From NCBI GenBank assembly GCA_963804995.1, contig CAWDSK010000001.1:256001-320000 (forward strand): a DNA stretch of 64,000 bases. Direction: 5' to 3'. Both the position numbers and the translations under genes were made by a program. Positions 10,089 to 21,650 of this stretch are shown one piece after another. Source of the DNA: an uncultured Acidobacteriota bacterium (lineage in GTDB: Bacteria; Acidobacteriota; Terriglobia; UBA7540). Position 1 is the stretch's first letter, and each line of letters starts with the position of its first letter. Under the pieces are notes generated by a model. The model ran no database searches. It saw nothing but the letters and a program-made list of their open reading frames with translations, and was not told where the DNA came from.

Positions 10089-10111
10089 GACGCTTTCGGC
10101 AGAACCAGTTA

Positions 10112-10571
10112 CTCGCGCAGAGACGCTGAGGCGCAGAGAAGAAATGAACAATGAAGAAGGAAGAGCCGGGAAACTAGCCAGGGGGTTCGCCAGGATTTTT
10201 TCTCTTTCTTTTGTCTTTTCCTTCTCAGCGCCTCTGCGTCTCTGCGCGAGAAAAGCTCTGAGGAAAAGATAAATCGCGCAGAGACGCTGAGGCGCAGAGA
10301 AAAGATGAACAATGAAGAAGGAAGAGCTGGGAAACTAGCCAGGGGGTTCGCCAGGATTTTTTCTCTTTCTTTTGTCTTTTCCTTCTCAGCGCCTCTGCGG
10401 CTCTGCGCGAGAAAAGCTCTGAGGAAAAGATGACTCGCGCAGAGACGCTGAGGCGCAGAGAAAAGATGAACAATGAAGAAGGAAGAGCTGGGAAACTAGC
10501 CAGGGGGTTCGCCAGGATTTTTTCTCTTTCTTTTGTCTTTCCTTCTCAGCGCCTCTGCGGCTCTGCGCGAG
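10112..10571. repeat. Tandem array of three 161-bp family B palindromic units
   Basis: CGCGCAGAG starts at 10114, 10275, 10436; units are near identical, each with ~28-bp terminal inverted arms. Confidence 0.95.
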
Positions 10572-10703
10572 AAAAGGTTTTTATGGTGGAAACCTCTCGA
10601 TTGCTTAGTCATAATCATCTCGAAATGGCGGTACGCGCGTGGCCTCCGATACTTACCCGCAGGTCTTCAGTTGTCTTTTAGATTCCTTACCGGGAGGCAA
10701 TTT

Positions 10704-12187
10704 ATGAAAACCTCTTCGATTGAACCCATCCGGTACTTAAGCCGTGAAGAGATGGATGCGATCCATCAGTCCGCGTTGCGGATTCTCGAGGGCACGGGAA
10801 TGTGGATCGATCACCTCAAGGCGTTGGAATATCTCCGGGAGGCAGGCTGCCGTGTGGACATGGACCGGCGGACCGTGAAGTTCCCGCCTGAAGTCGTGGA
10901 AGCCGCCCTCGCCCGAATGCGCCGCAACTTTCAGGACCCCCACCGCTGGCCCAAGCGGATGCCAGTTCGGTATTCGCAGGTGCGATTTGATGCGCAGCCC
11001 TTTCGGGTGCATGAAGATTTCACGGTCAATGCGGGTGGATTCTCCTGCTTCATCTGGGACATGGACGGCCAACGACGCTACGCCACGCTCGAGGACGTCC
11101 GGCAGTCGCTGAAGCTGGCCGACCAGCTTGACCAGATTGCCTACACCGGTCTGCCCTGTTCCGCCCAGGATGTGCCCGCGCACCTTCGCCCCGTGGTGAT
11201 GGCGGCGGAATTGGTCAAGGCCACGCGGAAATACGGCGGGATCGAGACTTTCAAGCGGCAGGATGTGGCATATGTTGCGCGCATTGGCGAGGTCGTCGCC
11301 GGGAGCCGCGAGGCGCACCGGCGCAATCCGATCCTGGTGGGTTATGCCGAGGCGCGGTCACCCTTGTGCCTGGATGCGGCCATGGCTGACGTGATGCTGG
11401 CCCATCTCGAACTCGGCCTGCCCCAGAGTCTGGACACGATGCCGAATGGCGGGGCCACGGCGCCGATGAGCGCCGCAGGGGTTCTCTCGCGTCGGCCTGG
11501 CGGAAAGCCTGGGAGGTCTGGTGCTGGGATATGCGGTCGATCCTGACGCCACGATGACGATTGACCTGACGCCCGGCTACTGCGACATGCGCTCGATGCA
11601 TTTCGGCTATGCGGGCCCGGAGCGCATGCCGCTGCTTGCGGCACGCGTGCAGCTCATCTCGGAGTATTACGGATGTCCCTCCGGCATCCATGGCGGCAAG
11701 ACAGACGCGTGCGTGCCGGGAATTCAGGTGGGGGTTGAGAAGGCGATCTCGATGTACGTTACGGTGATGGCGGGCGCGATTGGGTTTGGCACCGTCGGCC
11801 ACCTGGAAAACGCCGTCACGTTCTCGCCACTGCAGCTCGTGATCGATAATGAAATCGCCCGCTATGTGCGCCATGCCGTCCGAGGTTTCGAGGTGAACGA
11901 GGAAACACTCGCGCTGAACGTCATCGAGGAGGTGGGTCCGAATGGCCACACCTATGACCACGACCACACCGTTCAGAACTTTCGCAACGTGGAGTTGCTC
12001 TCACCCTTCTTCGACTCCTGGACGTGGGGAGTGGGCGACAGCCTGGATCGGGAACGTTTCGAGAAGCGGGCCGCGGCGAAAGTGCGGCAGTTGCTCGCAC
12101 GCGGAAAGTTCGCCCGTGCTGAGCTCCGAACAGGAGGCCGCGATTGATGAGATTGTGAAGGAAGCCACCATGGACCTGAAGGCCTAA
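10704..12187 (+). CDS. MttB-family (trimethylamine methyltransferase-like) corrinoid methyltransferase; frameshifts near 11490 and 12100
   Basis: LSREEMDAIHQSALRILEGTG, SPLCLD, GATAPMSAAG, DMRS...YAGPE, QLVIDNEI, LALNVIEEVGPNG; GGGAGG RBS. Confidence 0.85.
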
Positions 12188-12406
12188 GGGTAGGGTCACG
12201 GAGTGGCGCGATGACCCGTAAGCGGGCCCCGATTGCCCCAGCCCGAGGTGGGACATCACGCGAGCGCTGCACGGGTGCTTCCGCGCGCGTTGTCCCACAT
12301 AACTAGCGCCCTCCTGCCGAATGCCCGCGGGCGATTTCAGACTTCAAAACTGCCTTGACCTCGCCACCCTCGTCAGCGAAAATCAGCCGTAAGAAAGGAT
12401 TCCACA

Positions 12407-12622
12407 ATGCCTATATGCACCCACTGTGGAGCCAATTGGTCAAAAGGCGAGGTAGGGAAGGACTGTCTCCAATGCGGGGGATATGCTATGGAAGCGCCTT
12501 GCCTCATGTGCGGCGGAAAATGCGGAAGCAAGTGGCAACGCTCGATCCATGACTCACAGGACTCGAACCTTGCACACTGGCATGGGCTCTGCCGGTATGT
12601 GGCGAAAGAGGCGGGCCGTTAA
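12407..12622 (+). CDS. Small Cys-rich zinc-binding protein (Pinocchio-domain-like)
   Basis: CxxC x3 plus further C/H; AAGAAAGGA RBS upstream. Confidence 0.7.
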   Translation: MPICTHCGANWSKGEVGKDCLQCGGYAMEAPCLMCGGKCGSKWQRSIHDSQDSNLAHWHGLCRYVAKEAGR

Positions 12623-12911
12623 TCGAGAAGCGGAAAGGCGGCGCCTGCCTGCATATTAACGGGGAGCAAGAGATGACACCCCGCAAATGCCGGCCAATTC
12701 GCCGGGCTCGAGGCCAATTCTGAGAGTCGGCGCACCGCTTGCTGGCCGACGGGCTCAGCACGCCAGGAGTCACCGTCATCACGGCAGCCTCTCCGCCCGA
12801 TAGAGAGCGCAGGTGTTGCGGACGGCTGAGACCACAAGCGTCGACGCCAAGCCGGCAATCGCCACCACGCCGCCGACATCGAACAATCTAAACACCCCCA
12901 GATAGCTTTAA

Positions 12912-15900
12912 TTGAGTGCTAAACGTCATTTCTGCCTCAAGAAACCACCCAAGTTCGCCGATATAACGGATGTGCCAATCTGCAGTCCTAACGCGAAATC
13001 GCCCTTCGTGGTTCTCCTGGCTTGCCTCGCGCTTGCCGCGCCGGTGAAGGCTCAGCAGTACAGTTTTCGCTACTACGGAAACGAGGAAGGTCTCACCAAC
13101 CTGGCCGTGAAAGTCCTCTTTCAAGATCGCACGGGCTTTCTGTGGGTGGGAACTGAAAACGGTCTGTTCCGGTTTGACGGGCAGTCGTTTCAGCGTTACG
13201 GAGACGACGACGGTCTTTCCCGAGATACTGTCTTGAGCCTGGGCGAAGCGCCGGACGGCAGTGTGCTGGCGGGGTACCGCGGAGGTGTCTATCAACAGAA
13301 GGGAGAGCGCTTCGAAAAGGTTCTGTTGCCGGACGCCCGCGGCGTTGATGGTTACAGCTCGATTCTTTTTGATGGCACAGTCCGTACCCTCATCGCCACG
13401 GAGCGTGGCCTGGTTGAAGCCACCAGCCCGGGAGGAGGTGGACTCGCTCTTCGCATGCTCGCCACTCCCCCTGGAGCTGGCGGACCTCGCACTCACGGGA
13501 TTTTTCTGGAACGCGGGAAAGTGTGGTTCGGATGCGGCACCAGCCTGTGCCGGATAAGCGGCACAACAGTCGACGTTTTCGGCAAACCCGCAGGTTTGCC
13601 GGAGGGAAACTGGACGAGCATCCGCCGGGATGGCAGCGGCGATTTGTGGATGCATGACGGGCGGAAGTTCGCGGTCCTGCGGCATGAGAACACGCACTTT
13701 GATGTCTCGAATCCAGGGTTCCCGCAAACGGGCGGCGCAGGCCAGATGGAAGTGGATGGTAGGGGCCGATTGCTGGTTCCCACCATCGAAGGCCTGACCA
13801 TTAACCAAGGGCGGCACTTCCGAACCGTGGGCGGCCGCGAGGGGCTACGCGGTCCAGTCTATTCCGTGCTGCGCGACCGGGAGGGCTCCCTCTGGCTGGG
13901 CATGGCCGGCCATGGATTAGCAAGGTGGAGAGGTTACGATGAGTGGGAAGCTTTCACTTCCGAAAGCGGTCTGGCGAGCGAGCTGGTCTACCAGATCCTG
14001 CCTCTGAGCGATGGCACGGTTCTCGTCGGTACGGAGGATGGTTTGTTTGCCGGACGGAAGAGCGGAGAAAGATGGACCTGGCAAAGGGACTCCCGGGTGG
14101 GGAGAACCCCGATCCACACGCTGCAACTGGAACAGGACAGAAGCATCTGGCTGGGCACCGAGCGTAATGGCGCGGCCCGCATCGACTCGCGCACCGGGAG
14201 AATCGAGTGGTTCCGGCAGGATCAAGGGCTGGCAGGGTTGCTGCCTTTCGCTCTGGCGCTCGACCGGTCACATCGAGTCTGGGCCGCAACGGAAAAGGGT
14301 CTGTTCGTAGCACAGCTCTCCGAAAAACACTTCCGGCGCGTGGAGGAGGTTCCAGCGGCTCGTTGCTATGCCGTAATCGAGGGACCCGAGGGGGAGATAC
14401 TGGTCGGCTCGGCCTTGGGGGTCTTCCGTTTGGCAGGAGGCCGCTGGCGCCAGATTACGACCGCAGACGGGCTGCGCCACGACGTGGTTCTGACTCTAGC
14501 CGCATCCCGCCCCAACGAATTCTGGGTGGGCTATTGGTACTCCGGCAGCGTGACCCGGGTTCGGGTGGAGGGTGAACGCCTGTCCATGACGCACTATGGC
14601 AGCGAACTGGGTCTGCGGGGGGAAATGACTTACTTCCTCGGCTTCGATGCGCACGGCCAATTGTGGGCAGGAACCGATCAAGGGGTGCGAGTCCTCACTG
14701 GAGACCACTGGGATCAATACGATCACAATGAGGGTTTGATCTGGGATGATTGCGATCACAACGGTTTTGGGGCAGAGCCTGATGGCACGGTGTGGATCGG
14801 CACTAGCGCCGGCTTGGCCCATTTCACCCCCAGGCCACAGACGCGCCAAGTGTCGCCTCCCTCCGTAGCCTTCACTCAACTGACTTTTGGCAGGACCCGA
14901 GTCGACAAAGCGAGCCAGATTTCCGTGGATTACGCTTCGAACTCCCTGGTGGCGCGCTATTCGTCGCTCACGTTCGCCCGCGAAAGTTCCATCCTCTTCC
15001 GCTATCGGCTCCAGCCTCTCTTCAGCGACTGGCGGGAGACTTCGCTGCGGGAGCTGCAGTTTCCGGGCCTGCCGGCCCATGACTACCGGCTGGAGGTCGA
15101 AGCCCGCGACGGTTGGGGCCCATGGAGCAGACAGCCCGCCGTCCTCAGCTTTAAAATCCGGCCGCCCTTGTGGCGCGACTGGCCGATCCTCGGGCTGCTG
15201 TGTTTGATGCTTCCGGCGATTGTGCTCTTTATGCTCGGCCACCGTGAGAAGCGGCAAAAGCAGATCCAGCGGGCACTCAAGGAGGCGGTCGAGGTGCGCA
15301 CGCAGGAACTCGCCCAGGAAAAAACCCGCGCAGATCAGGAGAAAGCCCGCGCCGAGCAGGAAAAGGTGCGTGCTGAAGCCGCCAATCAGCTCAAAAGCGA
15401 ATTCGTGGCCAACATGAGCCACGAGATTCGCACTCCCATGAACGGTGTCCTGGGTATGACCGAACTCCTGCTGGATACGGAACTGAATCCCGAGCAGCGC
15501 GAGTACGTGGACATGGTGCGGGCCTCCGGTGAAGCACTCCTCGCCATCATCAATGACATCCTGGACTTCTCCAAAATCGAGGCCGGCAAGATCGAGTTGG
15601 AATCGATCGATTTCAAGCTGCGCGGCAGCGTCGAGCCCACCCTCAAGACGTTAGCCTTGCGTGCGCATCAGAAAGGCCTGGAGCTGAACTATGTTGTCGA
15701 GCCTTTCGTCCCCGAAGGTCTGCTGGGTGATCCTGGCCGCTTGCGCCAAGTCTTGATCAATCTCATCGGCAACGCCTTGAAATTCACCGAAAAGGGTGAG
15801 GTCAATCTGATTGTCCAGCGGGAGTCCGTGGACCGGGACTCTGTGTGCCTTCACTTTCTCGTACAGGACACCGGCATCGGCATCCCAGCGGAGAAACAGC

Positions 15901-16928
15901 AAGCCGTCTTCGAAGCCTTTCAGCAAGCTGACGGTTCTACCGCCCGCCGCTTCGGGGGCACGGGTTTGGGGCTGACGATCTGCCGCCGGCTCGTAGAGAT
16001 CATGGGGGGGCGCATCTGGGTGGAGAGCACCCCCGGCCACGGCAGCACTTTCCACTTTACCGCCCGCTTCAGGATCTCCACCGCCTCGGATTCCTTCGAG
16101 CCGGCGGAGAAGATCCGGCTGCTGGGCACACGGGTGTTGGTGGTGGACAACAACTATACCAACCGCCGTATTCTGGGGAGCATGCTTACGAATTGGGGCA
16201 TGCGGCCCACCTTAGAAAAAGATGGCAGGGCGGCGCTCGCAGCCTTGGAGCGGGCGCTGGAAGTGCGCGAGCCCTTCTCCCTGATTCTTACCGACTGTCA
16301 TATGCCAGAAATGGATGGGTTCGAGCTGGCCAAGGCGGTTGGAAATGACCCGGCACTGGCCGGCCCCACCGTCATCATGCTGACCTCAGCGGGGCAGCGG
16401 GGTGACGCGGCACGTTGCCGCGAACTTGGATTGGCGGGTTATCTCACCAAGCCCGTTGGCCAAGCGGAACTGCTGGAAGCTATCCTGTGCGCGCTGCGCT
16501 CAAGGCACCCTGACGCAAAGCTGGATTTGGTAACTCAGCACTCGTTGCGCGAGGAGAAGAGACACTTGCACATCCTGCTGGCAGAAGACAATCCGGTAAA
16601 TCAAACGATGACCGTGCGCCTGCTCGAAAAACACGGCCACCAAGTGGTCGTAGCCGCCAATGGGCGTGAAGCGGTCGACCGGCACGAAAAGGAAGACTTC
16701 GACTTGATCCTGATGGACGTACAAATGCCGGGCATGGATGGGTTCGAAGCCACGGCCACCATTCGCGAGCAGGAGAAAATCAGCTCCCGCCATATACCCA
16801 TCATCGCCATGACCGCTCATGCCATGCACGGCGACCGCGAACGCTGTCTGGCTGCGGGCATGGACGGCTATCTCTCCAAACCCGTTAATTTGAAGGATCT
16901 TTTCGCAGCGGTTGAGGGAGCGGTGTAA
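12912..16928 (+). CDS. Hybrid sensor histidine kinase (periplasmic beta-propellers, Y_Y_Y, HisKA, HATPase, two REC domains)
   Basis: [11 protein letters not shown] repeats; [22 protein letters not shown]; two DxxMP receiver motifs; true start may be slightly downstream. Confidence 0.95.
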   Translation: MSAKRHFCLKKPPKFADITDVPICSPNAKSPFVVLLACLALAAPVKAQQYSFRYYGNEEGLTNLAVKVLFQDRTGFLWVGTENGLFRFDGQSFQRYGDDDGLSRDTVLSLGEAPDGSVLAGYRGGVYQQKGERFEKVLLPDARGVDGYSSILFDGTVRTLIATERGLVEATSPGGGGLALRMLATPPGAGGPRTHGIFLERGKVWFGCGTSLCRISGTTVDVFGKPAGLPEGNWTSIRRDGSGDLWMHDGRKFAVLRHENTHFDVSNPGFPQTGGAGQMEVDGRGRLLVPTIEGLTINQGRHFRTVGGREGLRGPVYSVLRDREGSLWLGMAGHGLARWRGYDEWEAFTSESGLASELVYQILPLSDGTVLVGTEDGLFAGRKSGERWTWQRDSRVGRTPIHTLQLEQDRSIWLGTERNGAARIDSRTGRIEWFRQDQGLAGLLPFALALDRSHRVWAATEKGLFVAQLSEKHFRRVEEVPAARCYAVIEGPEGEILVGSALGVFRLAGGRWRQITTADGLRHDVVLTLAASRPNEFWVGYWYSGSVTRVRVEGERLSMTHYGSELGLRGEMTYFLGFDAHGQLWAGTDQGVRVLTGDHWDQYDHNEGLIWDDCDHNGFGAEPDGTVWIGTSAGLAHFTPRPQTRQVSPPSVAFTQLTFGRTRVDKASQISVDYASNSLVARYSSLTFARESSILFRYRLQPLFSDWRETSLRELQFPGLPAHDYRLEVEARDGWGPWSRQPAVLSFKIRPPLWRDWPILGLLCLMLPAIVLFMLGHREKRQKQIQRALKEAVEVRTQELAQEKTRADQEKARAEQEKVRAEAANQLKSEFVANMSHEIRTPMNGVLGMTELLLDTELNPEQREYVDMVRASGEALLAIINDILDFSKIEAGKIELESIDFKLRGSVEPTLKTLALRAHQKGLELNYVVEPFVPEGLLGDPGRLRQVLINLIGNALKFTEKGEVNLIVQRESVDRDSVCLHFLVQDTGIGIPAEKQQAVFEAFQQADGSTARRFGGTGLGLTICRRLVEIMGGRIWVESTPGHGSTFHFTARFRISTASDSFEPAEKIRLLGTRVLVVDNNYTNRRILGSMLTNWGMRPTLEKDGRAALAALERALEVREPFSLILTDCHMPEMDGFELAKAVGNDPALAGPTVIMLTSAGQRGDAARCRELGLAGYLTKPVGQAELLEAILCALRSRHPDAKLDLVTQHSLREEKRHLHILLAEDNPVNQTMTVRLLEKHGHQVVVAANGREAVDRHEKEDFDLILMDVQMPGMDGFEATATIREQEKISSRHIPIIAMTAHAMHGDRERCLAAGMDGYLSKPVNLKDLFAAVEGAV

Positions 16929-17232
16929 AGCTCCCCGGTGCGCGGTGCGAACACCGGATCCACCCACCGGTAATCGGCAGGAGTTGGCAAGCCTCTTCTC
17001 CCTCGTAAAGGGTCGATTCTCCTCCCCGCAAATGTCGGCTGCGGTTTTTTGCATATTTCGGGTTTGTTACAGCGAATCCACAATCGACGCACGTCCTTCA
17101 CGCCCATATCATTCCCGGTGACCCTCCGCCGCTTCACGATGATTTCCTATTTCTAGGGCGGTTCATTCAAAACGGGTATAATCCGCCGGCAAAGCGGTGT
17201 CGCAACTCCGCCGAGCGAAGGAGAAACCCACG

Positions 17233-18567
17233 ATGAATCGACGTAGCGCCCTCGGAGCTCTTGGGGTGAGTACGACTCTACTGGGAGGCATGGGACCCCT
17301 CACTCTCGCACGCGCGGCAGCAGCGCGCGGTGTGCCTTCCCCCAAAATCGCGGACGTGAAGGTGATACTCACCCAGCCCGACGGAGATCACTTGGTGATC
17401 GTCAAAGTTCTGACCAGCGAGCCGGGGCTGTACGGAATTGGGTGCGCGACACACCGAGAGCGACCCCTGGCCGTTGCCGCCGCCGTCGACCAGTATCTGA
17501 AGCCCCTGGTGGTGGGAAGGCACTGCGACGAAATCGAGGACATCTGGCAATCCGCGTATGTCTCCTCCTATTTCCGCAGCGGGGTCACACTCAACAATGC
17601 TTTGAGTGGGATCGACGGCGCGCTTTGGGACATCCTGGGGAAACGTGCCGGGCTACCACTCTACGCGTTGCTGGGTGGAAAATCTCGGACGGCGGTTCCA
17701 CTCTATAGCCACGCAAGCGCCCTGGAGTTGGCCGACCTTGAGGACCAAGTGCGCAAGTGGATGGCCCAGGGGTATCGCCACGTGCGCGTGCAGCTTGCCG
17801 TTCCCGGGTACTCGGGGTACGGAGTGGCGGGTGCAGCGACTGCGGAGTCCGTCGAGAAGATGCGGCCTGAGGGTGTCGCGCCCTCGCCGGTCTTTGAACC
17901 CACGCCTTATGTGAACAACACCATCCGCATGTTTGAGTACTTGCGCAGCAAGCTGGGGTTTGAGGTGGAATTGCTGCACGATGTGCATGAGCGGGTTCCC
18001 CCCGTGCAGGCGCTCCAACTCGCGAAGACGCTTGAACCCTACCGGTTGTTCTGGCTTGAAGACCCGCTGGCTCCCGAGGATGTGGAGTGGTTCCAGATCT
18101 TGCGCCAGCAAACCAGCACGCCTCTGGCGATGGGGGAACTCTTCGTGAACCGGCACGAGTGGCTGCCGCTGGTGACCAATCGCTGGATCGATTTCATCCG
18201 CATTCACATCTCTGCGGTCGGCGGACTCAACATGGCGCGCAAGGTGGCCGCTTGCTGTGAGTTCTTCAATGTCCGCACCGGCTGGCATGGACCTGGCAAT
18301 GTCTCTCCCGTTGGTCATGCCATAAACATGCATCTGGATCTGGCCTGCTACAACTTTGGAATCCAGGAGCAGAATGTGTTCTCACCAACGGTCCGCGAAG
18401 TTTTCCCGGGCGCGCCTGAAATCCGGGGCGGCTACATGTATGCGAATGACCAGCCAGGATTGGGAATCGATATCGACGAGAAAGTCGCGGCAAGGTTTCC
18501 CTACAAGACTCCCGGTGGCAGTCGGGGTAACGATCGTAGACTGGATGGGACAATTGTGCGGCCATAG
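17233..18567 (+). CDS. Enolase-superfamily acid-sugar dehydratase (RspA/ManD-like) with Tat-like leader
   Basis: IDGALWDILGK, LLHDVHER, WLEDP, AMGELF, WHGPG; leader MNRRSALG. Confidence 0.9.
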   Translation: MNRRSALGALGVSTTLLGGMGPLTLARAAAARGVPSPKIADVKVILTQPDGDHLVIVKVLTSEPGLYGIGCATHRERPLAVAAAVDQYLKPLVVGRHCDEIEDIWQSAYVSSYFRSGVTLNNALSGIDGALWDILGKRAGLPLYALLGGKSRTAVPLYSHASALELADLEDQVRKWMAQGYRHVRVQLAVPGYSGYGVAGAATAESVEKMRPEGVAPSPVFEPTPYVNNTIRMFEYLRSKLGFEVELLHDVHERVPPVQALQLAKTLEPYRLFWLEDPLAPEDVEWFQILRQQTSTPLAMGELFVNRHEWLPLVTNRWIDFIRIHISAVGGLNMARKVAACCEFFNVRTGWHGPGNVSPVGHAINMHLDLACYNFGIQEQNVFSPTVREVFPGAPEIRGGYMYANDQPGLGIDIDEKVAARFPYKTPGGSRGNDRRLDGTIVRP

Positions 18568-18662
18568 TCCCAGCACCGCAGGTTTTGGTGGGACCTGGAG
18601 CGCTATGGTGCTCTAAGGCGCACTTCTGGGACAAATTGATAGGGACAATTTGACGCTGCCCT

Positions 18663-18832
18663 GTGGCGAAGTTAACTCGCCGCTACATCGCGTAGAGGCG
18701 GCTTTACGCCGCCATGTCCTCAACGTGACCCGCGCCTCTGGCCAGGTGGTGTCGTAGTTTGCCTTTGAGGCGGCGGGATTCACCCCGATTTTAACGAGAC
18801 GCCGCCACGTGGCGAAGTTAACTCGCCGCTAC
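18663..18832. repeat. GTAG-type REP cluster
   Basis: GTGGCGAAGTTAACTCGCCGCTAC occurs twice; relatives at 20602-20648 and 36824-36848. Confidence 0.7.
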
Positions 18833-18990
18833 GTCCTTGAATTACCTCTCTCGCCTGCCCCCTTACCAGAGAGAGTTCTTTGCGCGCCTTGCCTCTGCTA
18901 TAATTATCTTTTAAGCCCTCTTACAGGATTGGTCTCTCCGCCGCACGTTGTGGCAGCACTTGAATCAACTGACGGGAGGACGCTCAAACC

Positions 18991-20220
18991 ATGGTCCGCG
19001 ACACCCTCGTTTGTCTTCTAGCCGGTGGTGAAGGTGAGCGCCTATTCCCTCTGACCCGCGACCGCGCCAAGCCCGCCGTTCCTTTCGGCGGCATCTACCG
19101 GATCATTGACGTCACGCTATCCAACTGCATTAATTCCGATCTCCGCCGCATATATGTTTTGACGCAGTACAAGGCACTTTCTCTGAATCGCCACTTGCGG
19201 GAAGGCTGGAGCATCCTGGGGCACGAGATCGGTGAATTCATAACCGTGTTGCCGCCCATGAAGCGCGTAGGCGAGCACTGGTACCAGGGCACCGCGGACG
19301 CCATCTATCAGAACCTCTACTCGATCGGCAGCGAGCCCTGCAAATACGTCCTGATTCTCTCCGGCGACCACGTTTACAAGATGAACTATCAACCGATGCT
19401 CAGGCAGCACCTGGACGCGGGTGCGGGCGTGACCGTGGGCACGATTGAATTCGACCGCAAGGAAGCTTCGCGCTTCGGGGTGTGTGATGTGGATGCCTCG
19501 GGACGCATCGTCGCCTGGCAGGAGAAGCCCGCCGTCCCGAAGCCCACCGCGCATGATCCCACCAAGTGCCACGTCTCGATGGGCATTTACTGCTTCAATC
19601 GCGACCTTTTGATTGAAACCCTGCTGGCGGACGCTGACAACCCCACCTCGCATCACGACTTCGGGAAGGATATTATCCCCAAGCTGATCGAGCAGGGCCG
19701 TGTTTATTCCTTCAACTTCATCGACGAGAACAAACAGCAAGCGCTCTACTGGCGGGACATTGGAACGATTGAGGCCTACTACGAGGCCAACATGGACCTG
19801 GTCTCGGTTTCGCCGGTCTTCAATCTGTACGACTCCGTGTGGCCCATCCGCGGCTACCAGCGGCAATACCCGCCCGCCAAATTCGTTTTCGCGCAGGAAG
19901 GCCGCCGCATGGGAATCGCCGTGGACTCCATTGTCTCCATGGGCTCCATCATCTCCGGCGGACGCGTCACCAATTCCGTGGTTTCGCCCGACGTGCGCGT
20001 CAACAGCTACACGGAAATCGAAAGCTCCATCCTTTTCTCCCACGTCAATATCGGCCGCTATTCGCGCATCCGGCGCGCCATCCTCGACCGCCACATGCAC
20101 ATTCCTGAACATACCGAAATCGGTTACGACCTCGAAGAAGACCGCGAGAAATATCACGTCACCGAAACCGGAATTGTCGTTGTCGTCCCTGAACAGAGAA
20201 TGTTTGAAGAGCCGGAGTAG
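18991..20220 (+). CDS. glgC: Glucose-1-phosphate adenylyltransferase
   Basis: LAGGEGERLFPLTRDRAKPAVPFGG, WYQGTADAIYQN, HDFGKDIIP, YWRDIGT. Confidence 0.97.
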   Translation: MVRDTLVCLLAGGEGERLFPLTRDRAKPAVPFGGIYRIIDVTLSNCINSDLRRIYVLTQYKALSLNRHLREGWSILGHEIGEFITVLPPMKRVGEHWYQGTADAIYQNLYSIGSEPCKYVLILSGDHVYKMNYQPMLRQHLDAGAGVTVGTIEFDRKEASRFGVCDVDASGRIVAWQEKPAVPKPTAHDPTKCHVSMGIYCFNRDLLIETLLADADNPTSHHDFGKDIIPKLIEQGRVYSFNFIDENKQQALYWRDIGTIEAYYEANMDLVSVSPVFNLYDSVWPIRGYQRQYPPAKFVFAQEGRRMGIAVDSIVSMGSIISGGRVTNSVVSPDVRVNSYTEIESSILFSHVNIGRYSRIRRAILDRHMHIPEHTEIGYDLEEDREKYHVTETGIVVVVPEQRMFEEPE

Positions 20221-20976
20221 GACAGTAGGCACCGATTTCTTTCCACCACCAAGACACAAAGACACCAAGAAAACTGGGGATTGAATCGCACACTCCCGGT
20301 TAACAGTCCTGGCTTGACAACTTCTCAGCACCACCCCGGCGCTCGGAGCGCCGGGGTGGTTACAGTGGGGCCTGGTTCAAGGCGGCGCGGGACTCTTCTC
20401 TTCCAGCTATTCCTTTGTGGCTTGGTGTCTTGGTGGTAAAACCTTGCGGTCTTCCTCGCCGAGTCCGCCAATCAGGATGGCGGACGGTGGGCAACCGTCC
20501 GGTGGCGCTGTAAAGGGTCCTGAACCGTTGCCTTTTCCTGTCACTCGCCCCTCGTCACTTGTCACTGCCTTGGATGACCCCGAGTTCCTGCTGCGCCTCT
20601 GCGTAGCGGCGAGTTTACCTCGCCATGGCGGGATAAACCCGCCGCTACGAGTTCAAATTGACCCGCTACCCAACGTCGTTACGAATCCTGCCAGGCCGAA
20701 GACGGCACGCCGATGCCTCGGGGTGCCCCACAAACCCGGGCAACACTTCTGTCACCGCATCCAATCCGTGGCCGGTTCCGGCTTCGGTAGCACAGGCACT
20801 CTTGCCTGTGGCTAGGGCTGATGCATTCCATGCATAGGACACAGGCAGGAGTGCCTGTGCTACCATCTCACGGCTTGTTCATGAGGGCTCTTTCCACCGC
20901 TTCCGGGTTTCTCGCGTCAAGTAGGCGCGCCCCGCGCTTTCCGGACGCCTGCGCCACCCACGAAACGACAAGCCTC

Positions 20977-21254
20977 TCACTCACTTTCAGTGATGATTGT
21001 CAGCCCGGGTATGCCGTGAAAATCCTTGGAGTTGTGAGTTACAAGCGGGCAGGCGTATTCGATGGCGGTAGCAGCAATCCAGGCATCCTCGGCGGAGATC
21101 GGTTGCCGCCTCCGCCAGAACCGAACTTCGCCCCATCGTGAGCATAGCTTCCTGTCTGACGGAATCACCACGAACAGGCCTTGAATCTCGTCGAGATAGC
21201 GGCGCTTCTCAGCACCCCAGTTGCCGCGCGAGGCCCCTTCGTATAGTTCCTGGA
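20977..21254 (-). pseudogene. PIN/VapC toxin truncated at its 5' end by the IS
   Basis: QELYEGASRGNWG...ISAEDAWIAATAIEYACPLVTHNSKDF; reading frame runs up to the IS left end. Confidence 0.85.
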
Positions 21255-21362
21255 CTTTGGCCTTTAACTAGATAAAGGCTGTCGGAAAGTATTTACTTGC
21301 AGAAAAGCCAGTCTTCTGATATCTAGTTATATGACTAGATATTCCTCAAGGAGGCTTTTCTC

Positions 21363-21650
21363 ATGGGGTTCCCTACCAAAGTACAGCTTATCAAACGCCA
21401 GGCGAGCGAGCAGTGGTACATCAACTTTCCTTCCGCCCTCGCCCAAGCCATGGAGTTTGCGCGCGGCGAATCGGTCGAATGGTTCGTCGAAAACAAAGGT
21501 CTGCTGGCCCTGCGACGAGCCTCGCCGCCGCCTTCCGTGCTAAAAAAAACTCTACCGGCGTCCTCGCCGAACTCGAACAACTCTGGAGCCAATGTTTCCC
21601 GGGCTTCCGCCAGCGCCGCGTTGCCGCGCACGCCCAAGCCCTCGCGCTGA
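21363..21650 (+). CDS. IS orfA, AbrB/MazE-like small DNA-binding protein
   Basis: AGGAGG RBS; KVQLI...WYINFPSALAQAMEFARGESVEW...LLALRR swapped-hairpin pattern. Confidence 0.7.
   Translation: MGFPTKVQLIKRQASEQWYINFPSALAQAMEFARGESVEWFVENKGLLALRRASPPPSVLKKTLPASSPNSNNSGANVSRASASAALPRTPKPSR

Noticed and set aside
10112..10571. CRISPR array
   Set aside because: Whole 161-bp units are near identical, so there are no unique spacers; no cas genes in the window
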